The position numbers and the translations under genes are program-made. The notes under the pieces were generated by a model. It was not told the origin of the DNA, did not search any database, and saw only the letters and a program-made list of their open reading frames with translations. A DNA stretch of 64,000 bases, taken from Amphiscolops sp. MND2022 (lineage: Eukaryota). Numbering within the stretch: the stretch's first letter is position 1; each line of letters opens with the position of its first letter. Shown in pieces: positions 25,560 through 39,663 of this stretch. Location of the stretch: positions 15,068,001-15,132,000 of the forward strand of contig OZ076409.1 in assembly GCA_964187785.1 (NCBI GenBank). The letters are read 5' to 3'.

Positions 25560-26800
25560 AAGTAAACTATGGCTGAGATCTGTTCCTTCAGCTATACGAG
25601 GTCTTGAATTAGGTTAGCAATGGGATAGGGTTTCAGTTTGGGCTTTCTAGGATAAACCGAACTGAGTTATTGATACAGTCGTACCACAGGAACACTTTTC
25701 ATTTGGCTGATGTATTATATTGCTTCGCCCTTTGCTTTGGCTGACAAACAGGGTTGAAAATTAATCCGGGACTGCGATGGATCTAATTTTGATGTGTTGT
25801 TTGAAATTATCAGGTATCTCTCTGTGCCTGACTTTGATGAGGATTGATAGAGAGCTAGCTCCAAGGATAAGAACCATAAGGGAAACAGGTATCAGAATGA
25901 AGGAAAGAAGTATCCTGGGTGGAGCTTTTCGTAGGGTGTAGGCTCCTCGATGCTGCAAACAGTGATCAATGTATGGGAGGTAAAACTTCAAAAAAGATTC
26001 GGAAAAGGTGGAATGGAATGCTCTTAAAGTTATTACCTTCATATCTGCATAAACGCACCCAGCAAGATATCTTGAACGACATTTTACGATCAGTTTCTAA
26101 CGTTACCATTGGTATCCCACAAAGATCGATTTTAGTGCCATTACTCTTTCTACCTTTTATTGATGACATTGCAGACTTATCGGACTATAATATGATTTTG
26201 TTTGCTGATGATACGAAGATCTATTCAGATAGTTTAAAAATGCTTCAAAACGCGAGTATGTGAATGCACACTTGGTGAGCAGAAAATCATCTCCCCTTTA
26301 ATGCTGAATAAACCCAACCCCTCTATTTTACAAATCAGAAAAATACCTATTGCGATCTTGTACTTTTATTTGAGCACAAAGTTGTATGCTTCAGTCCTGA
26401 AGCAGTAAGAGATCTTGGAGTTTGATTTTCGTCAAATCTTACCTGGTCCAAGCATAATACGAATCGTATTAAAATAGCCTTTAGTCGATACATATCTATC
26501 AGACCATGTATTCCGAATTGTGTTCCTGCTTTCGGTAATTTAAAATATACAAACTCTGTATTCTACCTGTTCTTCTTTATGTTTCTCAAGTTTCGTATGC
26601 TAACCTTACCGCTATTGAAAAACAGAAACTCTTTTAAGTCGAATTCTCAAATGGGCGTTTCCTGCACAAAACTTCAAACTATAAAGACAGAACAATCAAA
26701 GGAAATCTTCCAATTTCTTTATACTTAAAATATTTTTCTTGAAACTATGAACAGTAGACTTTGAACAATAAACTATTCAAAAACATTCGATTTGAGGTGT
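25560..26800 (+). mobile_element. Decayed CR1/L2-type LINE reverse transcriptase fragment
   Basis: GIPQRSILVPLLFLPFIDD and LFADDTKIY, followed by a VRDLGV...LTWSKH-like thumb region. Confidence 0.75.
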
Positions 26801-27058
26801 TATGTGTATGTAAAGGAAGCTGTGGAAACCTCAAGGATTTACAGTTTCGATATACGATATACAGACAGGAAAACTATGTACAACATTTTCTTTAGTTTCT
26901 TTGAAACTGACTATTACCGTTACTCATTGGAGACGCTTTTCGAATGTCATCATTCAATTTCAATCACTCAATGTATCTAAAAATTATAAATACAATTTTC
27001 AGTTGAAGAAACAGAAACATAGATCACTGAATGATTACCAGGACAGTCAACTGCCACA

Positions 27059-27350
27059 CTAGAACACATAATTCAGTGTGTGGCTTCGGAATTCGTCTCG
27101 CGCATTGGGGGCCGGTTTTCTTCGGCGAATAAAAACTGCTTCAAGGGCCAACAGCAATCTCGGGTTCTGTTCAGTTGCCAAAACTCGAACATTTTCATAA
27201 TCTAGGCTGGCACCGCATTGCAAAAGATGTTGGCCGACTGGTGACTTCTTGTCCCTGTGTTCACGCAACTGTGAGTCTAAATTTGTGACTGTTTGCCCGA
27301 CATAGCAACCACAGCAAGTGCAACAACTAATATATTAAAACCAAGTGACT
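27059..27350 (-). mobile_element. Penelope-like GIY-YIG endonuclease C-terminal fragment
   Basis: C..CYVGQTV...LREH...SPVGQHLLQC...LALEAVFIRRRKP..NARDEFR. Confidence 0.75.
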
Positions 27351-27510
27351 ACGGAGGAAATTAGGAACAGAAGCTTACGATTCACCCAGATGCGATTTTA
27401 GTTTGCTGGTTGTAAAATATACACTGACAGATCCCAAAGTGGCAAAGGTCTTTTTCAGATTTGTACTTTTTCAGATCACAAGACGAACAACAACAACAAC
27501 AATCAACGAG

Positions 27511-27648
27511 ATGGAACGAACGAAACAAACACCAAGAAAGAGTACTAGTGGTAAAGCTCCTAGAAAGCAACGGGCAACCAAGGACGCGAGGAAGAGTGCA
27601 CCTTCAACTGGCGGTGTGAAGAAGCCTCACCGATACAGACCGCGAACA
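27511..27648 (+). pseudogene. Histone H3 (H3.3-like) N-terminal tail fragment, no histone fold
   Basis: [46 protein letters not shown] versus canonical H3. APST (S31) is the H3.3 signature. Confidence 0.9.
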
Positions 27649-28249
27649 ATTCCTGAGCTTTTGTCATAAAAATCGATTCGAGAATGTAATACATCTTCTT
27701 ACCTGTGGCTATTTGAAACCTGGATCCAATGTTATAAATTGGCACGATATCATCTACAACACGATTACCGCACACCCCTGTAACGACAACACACCCTGGT
27801 TCACTGAACAACTAATCTCTACGCTCGCCACTTACAAAGATCGTCTTGCTGCTATAATTTACTGCAATCGTTTCGGAACAACAGACATTTTCGAGAAACT
27901 ACTTGCAAGTGGTATTCTTGTCATCAGTCTTCATAAACATATTTCATCCGGCCGGAAGAGAAACAACGACTGATGTATAAAAGAGACTGAGAAGATTCAC
28001 CAGAGTGTCAAACTAGAAACAGGCTTACTGTTCATAATTTTGAAGCACAGCAAACATCTTCCGCGACTCGTTATTCAAAAACGATCAAAGACAAGGAAAC
28101 GCAAGTCAAAAAGAGAACATCGACTGCTCGGCGGAGAAACAAAAATCAAAGTGGCTTCTTTCAACTGGGTAGTTTTCTGAGTCTTTATTGACTTGGAGCG
28201 GTCCGGAAGGGCCTTTCCAGAAAATGACCGGAACTAGAAAAAGGAACCA

Positions 28250-31200
28250 ATCGATTTCCGATGGCACGTGCCCTCAATGTAAAGCCAAGATACCTGAAAA
28301 CAAAAAAAACTTGATCTCATGCAACGGATGACTTGGCTGGTGGCACGGGACATGTGGAGGTATAGAAGTTAAAGACCTACCAATCCTATCAAAATACTCA
28401 GCTGTCCATTGGTATTGCTCCAAGTATGAAAACAAAAAGCTCCAAAGTCAAAGTGCAAACATATTGAAAACGCTGAAAACATTGAACCAACAACAAAACA
28501 ACGAGTTTGAAAACAGAAAACAAGAACATGAGGCTTTGAATTCCATGAAGAAAGACATTCAAACTATCAAATCGAACATGGAACAAAACGTGAAACCTTT
28601 ACCCACATTTGCCGATAATGTCAAACTTGCTCCTGATCAATAATTTACGAAAAACAACGAAGAAAATTGAAAGAGATGTGAATAAAATAATGATCGGTAG
28701 TGGAAATTATAAGTTCAAAGTTAGTGTGGAATTAAAAAAAGCGTTTGCCAAAGATGGTCCAAAGAAAAAGTTGGTATTGCCCTTCAAAACAGCTCGGGGT
28801 AAAATGCATCTGGAGTTTTTGTCGCCTGAGGAAGCAGATGAAGTCCTCGACAACTGGCGGCCAAATTACTTTGGAACGGGAACAACCATTCGGAAAGTTG
28901 GTGAAAGAAGTGATTGCTGAAGTGCGGTAATCAAAGGTGTACTAACGGAGCTACAAAATGAAAACTTAGGCCTGAACATTAGATAGTTTTTCCTGGTGTG
29001 CAGGCTAAGCGTTTCATAAAAGCCGATGGTACCCTACTTCAAACTTTAAAATTGACGTTTCAATGTGAAACACATTTTGTCAAAGCAATAGATGAAGGAA
29101 TTTTCCTTGATTGCCTGTTTTTTCAACCGAGAGAATTTGTACAAAAGGGTATCAGAATCATTCGCTGGAACAACTGTCTGAAATTGCGACATCTCAGTGC
29201 CAACTGTCATTCAAAAACTACTTGCAAACACTGTAGCGAAGTACACACACTCGGAGAGTGCTCGAATACAGAAACCGACAGCATATCTGCCAATTGCATA
29301 GGAAACCATGACGCAGATTCAATTTATTGCCCCAAATACAGAAAAGAACTGAAGAGAACAACGAACTGTGTATGGAAAGCAAGGGCTAGCACCACCTGGA
29401 CAACAGAACTATGGCCTTCAAAATACGTCTCGATAATAGAGATCAGTATCTGCGCACTCAGCGACCACTGCAGAATTGCATTTGACCGATACCTAGGCCA
29501 ATGTAAACCCGAAGTCGTTATTCTCAACGAAACCTAAAAAATGTATACCAGAAAACACTTTCACCAACTCTACATGACTTTGAGCAAAACTTCAACTCAT
29601 TCCATGGTCGAGGTAACAATTTTTTTTCGGAATGGCTCATCATTCGCTAGTTTGGAGGAGTTAGAAATTAGCAACAGGGATAAACTAGTCATTTCGATAA
29701 ATTGTGGGGGGTTGACAGCGGTAATGACAAATACATACGTGAAACCGGACAATAGAGATAAACTTTGTTATAGAGATAAAGCGGCGCCTAATTCAAGGTT
29801 TCGTTGTCTGCAGAAAATATGCTGACTCAAACGAATTAGATGGAGTTGTCTTCTTTGGTGACTGAAATGCCCGACTATTCTACTGGGGCGATCACTTCTG
29901 CAATCAACTTTGACATGACTTCAATAATGTTTTACTCATTTTAGCATCTTGAACGACGGAGAACCAACCTTCCACTCGATCAATGGAGATAGCGTTAATG
30001 ATCTCTGCATTTGCTACGGCAATTTCATCAACAAATATGTCTGGAACTTGACCATCGACGAAGAAAACGAACTTTTCACTGGTGCACCTTCGAGAAAACA
30101 TTTTTCAGTGAAACTAACACCGCAAATATTTGTTAAATTGAAAGTAAACGAGAAACCATGGATCGAGAAAACTCTCTGGGATGAAAGGACAAACCACATG
30201 GAAATCAAAATTATGGATTTTTCTGAAAAGAATCCAGATGCATCGTGCATGGGGGAATACGTCAGAAGATCAATGAAAGATGCGACTAAACTGTTTATAC
30301 CAAACAAAAAATTACAAATCATAGTAAACCGTTCGGGTGCCACGAACTAACATATGCCAGAAAAGAGCTGAGAAACTTGAGGTGAAAGTTTAGGTGCAAC
30401 TCCAATTACAGGAACTTGTTCAAACCTAACCAGGCTAAAGAATATTTCAAAACACCTCTGAGTGAAAAAGCATCAAACTGGATGAATTAAAATTCACTCA
30501 ATCTGGGGAACAAACGTGGCAAAGCCTTTTGGATGTCATACGAGAAGCTCTTCAATGAAAACAAACCAAATGTTGGAATAAATTAAAAAGTTGTCTACAC
30601 TATGTCGGAGACTAGTAAGGATTTGCAGGAAACATTCTTTGAAAGCAAGCATTTACATAAACAAACTTTCGACGAATCCAAAGAGAAGACAGTAAATTCT
30701 TTCCTCCAACAACCTGAAGAGACTTCAGAGCATGATATGGAAATTTTCCAAGACATTTTCTCTTCAGAAGAACTGAATGACGCATTGAAGCAACGTCCTA
30801 GTACAAATTCCTTTGACCCCGACGGGTTGCGTATCCAGATTATGTAGAAACTTGGCAAATACGCCAGGACATCTCCTCTGGAAATCTTCAATAAATGTTG
30901 GAACGAAGCGGTTTGGCCATGGACCCAATCACGAGTGATATTCATCCGCAAACCCAATGAAGCAAAATACGTAAGCAAAGATTCGACTGTTCAACCTACA
31001 GATCACTCACTATTTCTACTCGTTTTGGAGAACGTTTCCAGCGGATGTTTCGTACGCGTGAGAATAGCCACCTTTAGACCAAAAATCTACTAGCAGCAGA
31101 ACAAGAAGGCTTCCGCAGAAGCCGAAAAACACTTAGATCTCTTTACCGACTGCACCTGAATCGTGAAAAAGAAAAATTATGAAAGAAACCCTTTGCCCTA

Positions 31201-33060
31201 CTTAATATTGACCTGGAAAAAGATTTTGACATCGTTTGGATTGATGGTTTGCTTTTTAAACTGAAGGAATACAAAATCACAGGTAAAATTTTCTCTACCT
31301 TGAGAACAATTCTGAAAACGCGCGAAGCTTTCATTGAACTGCCTGATTACAAGTCGCCTACAATCAAAATACATATTGGAGTTCCGCAAGGCAGTGTCTT
31401 GTGTCCACTTTTGTTCCTAATTTATCTGAAAGACTTTCTAGACACAGAACCATGCCACTTTAAAGTGGCAGATGACAGTGCGGTCGTCCTCCAGGGATCC
31501 GATACTAATGACTTAGTATCCAAATTACGCCCTTTTTCCCGAAACGTTGAAAATTGGTGCAAACAATAGAGAATGGGTGTAAATGGATCTAAAATTGAAC
31601 TATCCCTATTGAATGTGAACGAAAGCTCTTTCACACCACCGACCCTTATCAACGAACTATCACTAGTCAAAAGAGCAATTAAATCATAAGGACTCCAAAT
31701 CAGGGCTGTTCGAAACAAAACATGAGTTGTTTACAACACTGTTTTAAACAATTGTTTTCTAATTATAAAAGTACACATTTGTATAGTTCTTGAGAACCCA
31801 GTGAAAGTGCGGAAAGTTTGACTAAACACTTGTCCCATGTACCGAAGACCTACTTATTCTCTGTATGTCAAGTGCGGGATCAAAAAGAGTTTTCGGTACC
31901 ATGGAGTGAATCCACGATGACTTGAGGAATTGAAACTGTAAACAAACTAACATTTTACTCAAAAAATTTGAGAAAAAAATTTTTGTTGCATAGGTTTGTT
32001 TTCGAAAAATTACCTTTTTTATTTAAAACAAGCAAAGTTTTGAATAAAAAACGTTTGAAACGTTTTCATTTGAAAAAAGACGTTTTTCGCAGCCCTGCTC
32101 ACAGTAGACAAAAAACTGAATTAGAAAGAACACTCTGAAAGACTTGTGAGAAAGTGAAAGGGAGCTAGGACAGGATCTCACGCGTTGGTAGCTCAAATGG
32201 AGCTTTTCAATTCCGACCCTACTGATGCTTTACATAACTATTATCATTCTCGAGTTGATTCACGCATCAGCTGTTTGGTTTGAACAGAACAAGACCTTTG
32301 ATGTCAAAACCCAGCATCATTTAATTAGATCTGTTTTCAGACTTAGTTGGACACCAAATTCAAGCACCAGCGAAGTACTACTAGGATTTGGCCCACTCGA
32401 CTTTTATAATAAAGGAATAGAGACATAATTCATATAAAAGACGCTATGGAAAGACTATCTTGTACAAACAACTCACCTGAATGCCAAACTGAATAATAAA
32501 AGCGAAGCAGCCTCTCTATAAAACAAATTACTGAAGTTCCAAAAGTTTATTATTGATATGAATTTGACAAACTACACCAAAGATGATATCAAGAATTACA
32601 CCCAACACGGATTGCGAGGAAGGTGGTTGTGTTCACAAAACAACGGCATCCTATCATATCTACCCCAAACAAAACCCACAGTAAGTTCATGCAGCCCTTC
32701 AATAGACTGCCAAACATATCCTGCAATCAAAATATGCGAGCTCATAACTGGTAACTCTTTTGCACTAGCTGAATGTTCGTGGAAAATATGGAAGGCTGAA
32801 TCACCACTATGTCCCAGTCAACAACCAGACGAAAACGCTTATCACTAATTTTTAATTTGCAAGTCTTATGAAGAGTTTCGACCAGAAGTACAAAACATCA
32901 AAATCCACAACGAAAAAGACTGTGAATTCCTGGAAAACTTCATATCAAGTAGACAAAAACAAGCCCTTTGGTGGCACAATCCCCACAGCCGTAAAATACC
33001 ATGTGACCAAACTGCAATAACAAATATCCTCCCGCAAATAGGGGTTTTCAAGAAACTATA
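28250..33060 (+). mobile_element. Near full-length decayed LINE: ORF1 (PHD + CCHC knuckles), ORF2 (APE endonuclease, RT, C-terminal Cys/His motif)
   Basis: PHD CPQC...SCNG..GWWHGTC...WYC (~28260-28420). Knuckles NCLKLRHLSANC...CKHCSEVH...NCIGNH...CP. Endonuclease ILNET and PTF. RT GVPQGSVLCPLLFLIY and ADD. C-terminal SPLCP...H.F..C. Confidence 0.88.
31701..32097. mobile_element. hAT-like MITE inserted in LINE RT
   Basis: Terminal inverted repeats CAGGGCTG(TT)CGAAA...TTTCGCAGCCCTG around an AT-rich non-coding interior. Flanks CTCCAAAT and CTCACAGT resemble a decayed 8-bp TSD. Confidence 0.7.
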
Positions 33061-33089
33061 TCTTTAGCCGGTATAGGGACTGATAGAAG

Positions 33090-34336
33090 AAAAGTGCTAC
33101 AAATCATCCAGTCTACAAAATTGGAAGAGGATGAAATGGTGGTCAGTCTTGACATTGCAGGACTTTTCACTATCGTACCTTTCGATAAATCCATTGAACT
33201 CACAGTAAACTTGGTACATCAAGACGATGACCGTGAACCTAATTTCACCGGATCAACATTCGAAAGCTTTTACAAATGGTAGCAAAGGACGTTGTGCTCC
33301 ACACTTACCGAGGTACTTTCCAGCAGATAGACGGTTTAGCAAAGGGGAGTTGGGCCATTACTGGCGAGTATTTTTGTCTCCCGGTTGGATGCTGAATTGG
33401 GATCCTTCAGCAAAGCAACTTCCGCTATGTCGATGATGTAATACGGACATTACGGGTAGGAGGGATACAGTATCTCCTTTTTTGTAAACTCGATGCATCC
33501 AAACCTAAAATTCACTATCGAGTTATCCGATGAAACAAATGGGCTACTAGCGTTCCTTTATTTGAAAATCCGTCGACTTGCTGATGGATCGTTATCGTCT
33601 GAGTGGCACAGAAAAAATACTGACACTGGTATGCTGCCTCAAATTTCACGCCCTTGGGCCGAAGATTTAGAAACGAGCATTGGTCTCTGGTTTTATACAT
33701 AGAACCTTCAGCACCACGAGCTGTTGGTTATCATTCAACAAACCGCTGAAAGAAGACCAAGTTGTTCTACGAAATAACTAGTATCCAAGGTCTATCGTTG
33801 AAAATGTCACAAATTACAGCCTCAGTAAGCTCCAATGTATTACAAATGTCACTGCGAATAACAACAAAGAGAAACAAAAAAACAGGGGGTATAGCTAATG
33901 ATGCCGGTTGAATACAAAGGAAACGTGAGTGAAGATTTCATGCCCAAACTGAAGAAACTGCTCCCTGGCTCATCGTTTTACTATTGCACAGCAAAATTGC
34001 GGATCCAAGTATGTCAATTGAAAGCGCCTTTTCGTTATGTTTATAAAAGTAAAGTGGTCTGAAATAACATGTCCAGCTTGCTCTGGTGTCAACATTGGCC
34101 AAACAACCAGACATCTTGCCACAAGACTCAAAGAACATGGGACGAAAAGCGCTCCAGTCTTCGAGCATTTTCAGGCATGCAAAGAGGAACTAACGCCTGA
34201 TCACGCCCGAATTCTTGACACAGTGTCTGAGAGCAAACCTCTTCTGGCACTCGCAGCTGTCTATAACAAAGGACAGAACCCCTCTCTTAACACCAAAGAG
34301 GAATTCAAGACTCCCCGCCTACAATATGCCTTTTAG
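33090..34336 (+). mobile_element. Decayed Penelope-like element (RT + GIY-YIG)
   Basis: MVVSLDIAGLFTIVP, R-YVDD, HPNLKFTIE...LAFL, WHRKNTDTG and CPACSGVNIGQTTRHLATRLKEH...PSLNTKEEF. Confidence 0.88.
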
Positions 34337-34418
34337 CGCACGAGCCGCCAACCCCTATTACCACAAAGATGGTTCTAGTTTGTATGGTAGCATCTACCTT
34401 TATCCTGAGAACTCTATA

Positions 34419-34618
34419 NNNNNNNNNNNNNNNNNNNNNNNNNNNNNNNNNNNNNNNNNNNNNNNNNNNNNNNNNNNNNNNNNNNNNNNNNNNNNNNNNN
34501 NNNNNNNNNNNNNNNNNNNNNNNNNNNNNNNNNNNNNNNNNNNNNNNNNNNNNNNNNNNNNNNNNNNNNNNNNNNNNNNNNNNNNNNNNNNNNNNNNNNN
34601 NNNNNNNNNNNNNNNNNN
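34419..34618. other. Assembly gap (200 N)
   Basis: Run of N. Confidence 1.
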
Positions 34619-35159
34619 CGAAGCCGGACACTATACCAGATATTAGTGAATACTGGGCCGATTCACTGTTGTAGTTTATATAAAATTTTTTGAGTTTGTG
34701 TTCAGTAGCAGTTGGGCTCAAACAAAATTACCCCTCTGTGAGACCTTGGTTACTGACTCTGTCGCAATACTCCAAAAAAGTCGCGAAGGCGAAAAAAAAC
34801 TCAAAGCGGGAACCCTTTAGTCTCGTCCGGTATTGTATGTTACGCGGGAAATTTTTTTGGTTCAGTTCTTTGGGCCAACAAGTACAATTTGGCGTCCTCT
34901 TGAAAAATTTTGTAGAAGTTTTGGTAGAACTATTTTGGTCACTTCAGGTGTATCGAAAAAAAAATTAAAATGTAGGTAAATCATTTCGAAATGTTGCTCC
35001 ATCCATCTCGTCTTTCGCTGCTTTGAGAGCAAATCTATGGAATTTCGCAGTTTAGTTGATAGCCTAATCGTTTTTAGGAATCGGAAACAAATTCGACTTT
35101 TTATCCAATTGTGTCTTTTTTGTTTTTTTTCTCCCGATTTTTTTTCATGAAAAATTCAA

Positions 35160-35680
35160 TTTCCTCAAAAACTGTTCATACGACTCGAACGAATTTTTTT
35201 TACAGTCATTTTACACCAGATTAGAGTCCTATATGTGCAATGACATCAAAATCGATTGCTTTGTGAGTGGGGGAATCCCCAAAAATTGTCCCGAGGGATG
35301 GGTAGGGCCCCTATCCCGAGATCGAGGTGAAGTTTAATAACCATATCCAAAACACGCACTTCTGAGTACGATCTCGAAAACTGTTCGTAAGATTCGAACG
35401 AAATTTTCTACAGTCATTCTACACCACATAAGAGTCCTATATGGGCAAGGGCATCAAAATCGCACAGCTGGGATTTGAAAAACATAGCCAAAATTAACCT
35501 AGAAAAGGCCAAAAAAGTCATTTTTTGACTTTATTAGAATTTCTCAAAAACTGTACAAACGATTCGAACGTAGTTTCTGACAGTCTTTCTACACTATAGT
35601 AGAATCCTATTTGTAGAATGGCATCAAAATCGGATGGTTGGGATGTTAGAAACATAGCCAAAATTAGACCAAAAATGGTT
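35160..35680. repeat. Three diverged copies of a ~170-210-bp unit (partial fourth near 36540-36620)
   Basis: AAAACTGT..A.ACGATTCGAACG...CAGTC.TTCTACAC...AG.GTCCTAT.TG...AATGGCATCAAAATCG recurs at ~35168, ~35377 and ~35547. Confidence 0.75.
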
Positions 35681-36799
35681 TTGAAAAAGCCATGTTTGGA
35701 CTACAAACTTCGCCCAACTTTACAAAGATAGTTAAAATGGGTAAATTCTGCCCTAATTCGGACCAATGAGACCATTTGGTCCTTTTGTTGCTGTTTCAGC
35801 GTTGCAGCATTCCCCCGTTTAAAAATGACGAGACTTCAGATATTCAAAAAAACTTTTTCAACTCCAGGCCTCCTTTTTTCCCAACTTCAGGCCTCCCAAA
35901 GTTAAGAAACTTCTCTACAACCAGGATTAGAAAAGGATGCATGTGGAAAGTACTCGAACAGACGAGAAAAATGCGTTATAGTAGGTCTCTGTATCCTAAC
36001 CTGGAGTTGACTTATGATGTTTTGAGTGTGAGCTGGATAAGGGGTTAAAATGCCAAAATTGAAAATGGAAATGTAAGTCTCATCCAGAACTCATCGGAAG
36101 ACGTTCAATTAACTCCGAAGCTGTTCAATTGACGTTGTTTAGCGCACCAAAACCATGCAATGTTCTTTCACTCATTCTGAGAAGTATTGAATGCTGTATT
36201 AATTATCAAATAACAAGAAATACCCATGTACATTCTCATCACCATCCTCGGGGGAGATGAGAATGGAATCTTCAAAAGCCAAACGATATTACTTTCCCAA
36301 ACTCTTAAACATCGATTGTCACGGCCCACGCGCAGGAAAACACAAAATTGTTTCCAGTACTTCCATGATTTTTTGATGTGTCTTCTGTAAGAAACAGGTG
36401 CAGGAATTGCAGTGCTGCTAATAAGTGATCATCCAGAACTGAGAACTTATTCTAAAGCATGGAGGAACACGTTAAGACATTTGTCGTCAAACCATCCACT
36501 AGCCTATCCTGCGAAGAGGTGCATCTGTCTTGGATGTGAGAAACATAACCAAAATTAGCCCACAATTGGCCAAAAATTAGTCATTTTTCAATTTTTTCCG
36601 ATTTTCTCAAAAACTGTCCATGGTGTAGTATCTTGATCTGATGTGGCTTAGCAGTAAAACAACATTCACGAACACATTTATTAAGTAGTCCAAACATGAA
36701 ACCTAATTAACAATTTTATCACAACAATTAGGCTTCGAGTAGATCTTCGTAAAGTCGTTGGGGAAGGTTGAGACACTTGAGGTGAAGAATCATCAAAAC

Positions 36800-37913
36800 T
36801 CACAGTGTGATCCTCTTGATCTTGTACAGTTTGACTTTCAACAGTTTCGTGGGAGGGTTTATCACGTTGTGAAATGTTATCGTTACTATCAATACGTTTT
36901 TCGTGTGGTGATTCTCTGGGAGTAGAAGATTGTTGGCTTCGGCGATTGGTGGCGGAGAGAATGATACACTTCTCAAGAATGATCCATTTCTCACGACTTT
37001 GTTTCCATTCGTAGCGCTTACAATCTCGTATGTACGTTCCCCTTTAATACCAGTTACTACCCAATCAGTACATGGGAAGGTAGGGTCATTTTTGTTGGTA
37101 GGAGGAACGAGAGACCAAACCAAATCTCCGACGTTGAAATCCGTGACTAATGTTCCAGGACTAAAGTTTACCGTCATGGCGTAATTTCATTTGATTTTGA
37201 CATTTCGAATTATCGATATCCGTTCCTTCGGACGTTTTTAACTTTTTAACGGTATATCGGTATTTATTTCGCTATACTGTAACAATAACTCGTTTGTTCG
37301 GCCGGTTGCTGCATGAGGTGTTGCGCGGAAAAATTGTAAAATTTCAGGCAAACGTTCGTGTGTTAAGTCTTTGCAATTTAGCGGCACGAAAAGTGATTAA
37401 GGTAGCTGTGAAGTCGCTCGATTTGACGGTTGGATTTTGCATGTAATGGTGTACAACGTATATGTTCGACATTAACTTTTTCAAGAAAATCACGAAATGC
37501 ATAGCTGGAGACCGTTGTCGGAAACGAGTTTTTGTGGATTTCCAAAACGTGCAAAACAACTTTTGAGGCTTGCATCAACGGCTCTAGTAGCTGCTTCTGT
37601 CAGTTCCTAAACTTCGGGCTATTTTGAGTAGTAGTTTTCAATTGTAAGGTAATGATCGAACTCGAACGAATAAAGATCGATTCCAGTTTGTAACCAAGGT
37701 CCTTCGGGGCGTGTGACGGGAGATAGAGGTAACTCGTCTTGTGGCAAAAGTTTTTGGCAAATACAGCAATCTTTGCACATTTCTTCTACCTCAGATGACA
37801 TTCCGGACAGAAAGACAACGTTTCGAAATTATTGTTTAGTTCGAACAATACCTTGAGGTGAACTATGGGCTTTGATTAGAAAGTCTCGACGAATAGATTA
37901 AGGGATTACTATA
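36800..37913 (-). mobile_element. Older Mag-like Gypsy, integrase half (split by the 37914-53858 insertion)
   Basis: KAHSSPQGIVRTK...GMSSEVEEMCKDCCICQK, PWLQTGIDLYSF...YYSK and TPLHAKSNRQIER. Confidence 0.85.
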
Positions 37914-39663
37914 TGTCGCGGGCTGCCGCCTGCGACGGCAATTGGTACTCAATCGGATACAATTACAATACTCTCCCTGGTACCCTCCCAATGAACTGAG
38001 GAATGGACTATTAGTCCAAAAGCCTAAGAAGACAAACTACAAACTTATCTTGTTATGATTGATTTCGCATATGTTAATATAAGTATATCATTTTATTCGG
38101 GGCTTTTATATTACTGAAATTTGAAATGCTTTGGAATAATTATCCGGAATTAGCCATGTAAAGTATAAAGTTGAAAGTTGAATATAGTGTATTAATACAT
38201 GTATAACAGTGATAGATATATACCACGGTTGAGAAATTGGACACCAAGGCGTACAGGTAAAGGAAACGAGTTCAAATATTTCCTCTCCTGTCTCGCTAGA
38301 CGCGCTGTCCGTCCAATTTCTCAACCAATCACAGTGCACTGTTCAATTGCTCGCTTATTCACTCCTGTGCTGTATTCTAAATTAAAGGACTCAAGGGCCA
38401 CACGCCGCCACAACGACACTACTTTTGTATTAAATAAAAGCGCGTGGACACTGAGTCCAAAGTAGAATAAAAGAGGTGCGTATATCGAAATTAATAATGT
38501 ACTATCTCAGGAGCGGTATATTTACTCTGATTGGAGATCTGTCACCTTGATTACAAAAGGACCATTAGTCCTTTCCCCCCTCTTTTTGTGTTCTCCTATT
38601 TTCCAGAACTTCCTGGATAGAAAGTCAAAATGAGCTGTTTGTATCTTAAGAAGCCACAAAGGACAGCTCAATGTTCACACACCATCTTTGCATGTATTTA
38701 TTCCATATGATTTAGCATGTATTGTTTTACATGAAGTGTTGCTACTGAAACTCAATTGGATGGCCTGAAGGGGCACATGTACATCTTTGAATGTAACTAC
38801 TTCATATATGTAGAAGCACGTAAATCAATTACGTCATGGTTGTTGCTATTTTTAGTATTACGATAATATACTTGTAAAGACACGTTGTATGTTGTGTCTA
38901 TTTTTAGAATACCTGTTACTAAAATTAGACTGATGACTACCACTATTATACATGTCATGTTTGGTTGATTATAAATAACCGGGACCCGTTGTCCCGGGGA
39001 CATAATTTTCCTATGACAAGTCACAGTCAGTTCGCTGTTAAAATACCGAATACAATACTGTTTGCAAGCTTAAAGATTCCAATTCAAATTCTTTCCTCTT
39101 GCAACAATCTCTTATGCCTTCTACGAGACGTCAAAAGGCGAAAGCTAGGAAATCTAGAGAAATGGACATGCTGTCCGACATAGAAAATATGGACGTAATG
39201 CTAGGCAATGGGAGTAATAACCCCATAGAAAGGGAATTAGTCGATGCCATTGAACAATCATCAGTACAAGGAGATATTGAGGCGAATGAATACCTGGGAA
39301 ATCAGTATACTAGTTTTCCTCATGAAAATAATCTTCCTGGACAAGATGACATAAGGCAATCCCTTGAGACCTTTTCAAACGAGTTCAATCTTAGACTGTC
39401 ACAGGAAATGGATTCAATGATGTCTATGGTGCATAGTCAGATAAACAGGGCAATTAGCAATGCTATTTCTGAGAGAGTCATTCCTGAAATCCAGAACATC
39501 GTGAGTTCTATGTCTTCCTCAGGAAATAGGGACACTGAGGCTAGTGTTTCTCCAAATAGCCAGGAAAACAGGGAATGTTCATCCGGGTTCAGACCTAAAT
39601 TTACAAAAGGAGACTCACGGTCCGTGTGTGATTTAAGAGACACAACAGGTCGTAGTCATTACA
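37914..39663 (+). repeat. Gypsy-B 5' LTR (1750 bp)
   Basis: Colinear with 52109-53858. Roughly 20-25 substitutions by eye and equal length. Confidence 0.97.

Noticed and set aside
34215..34721. ORFs spanning the N run
   Set aside because: Artefacts of translating the gap.
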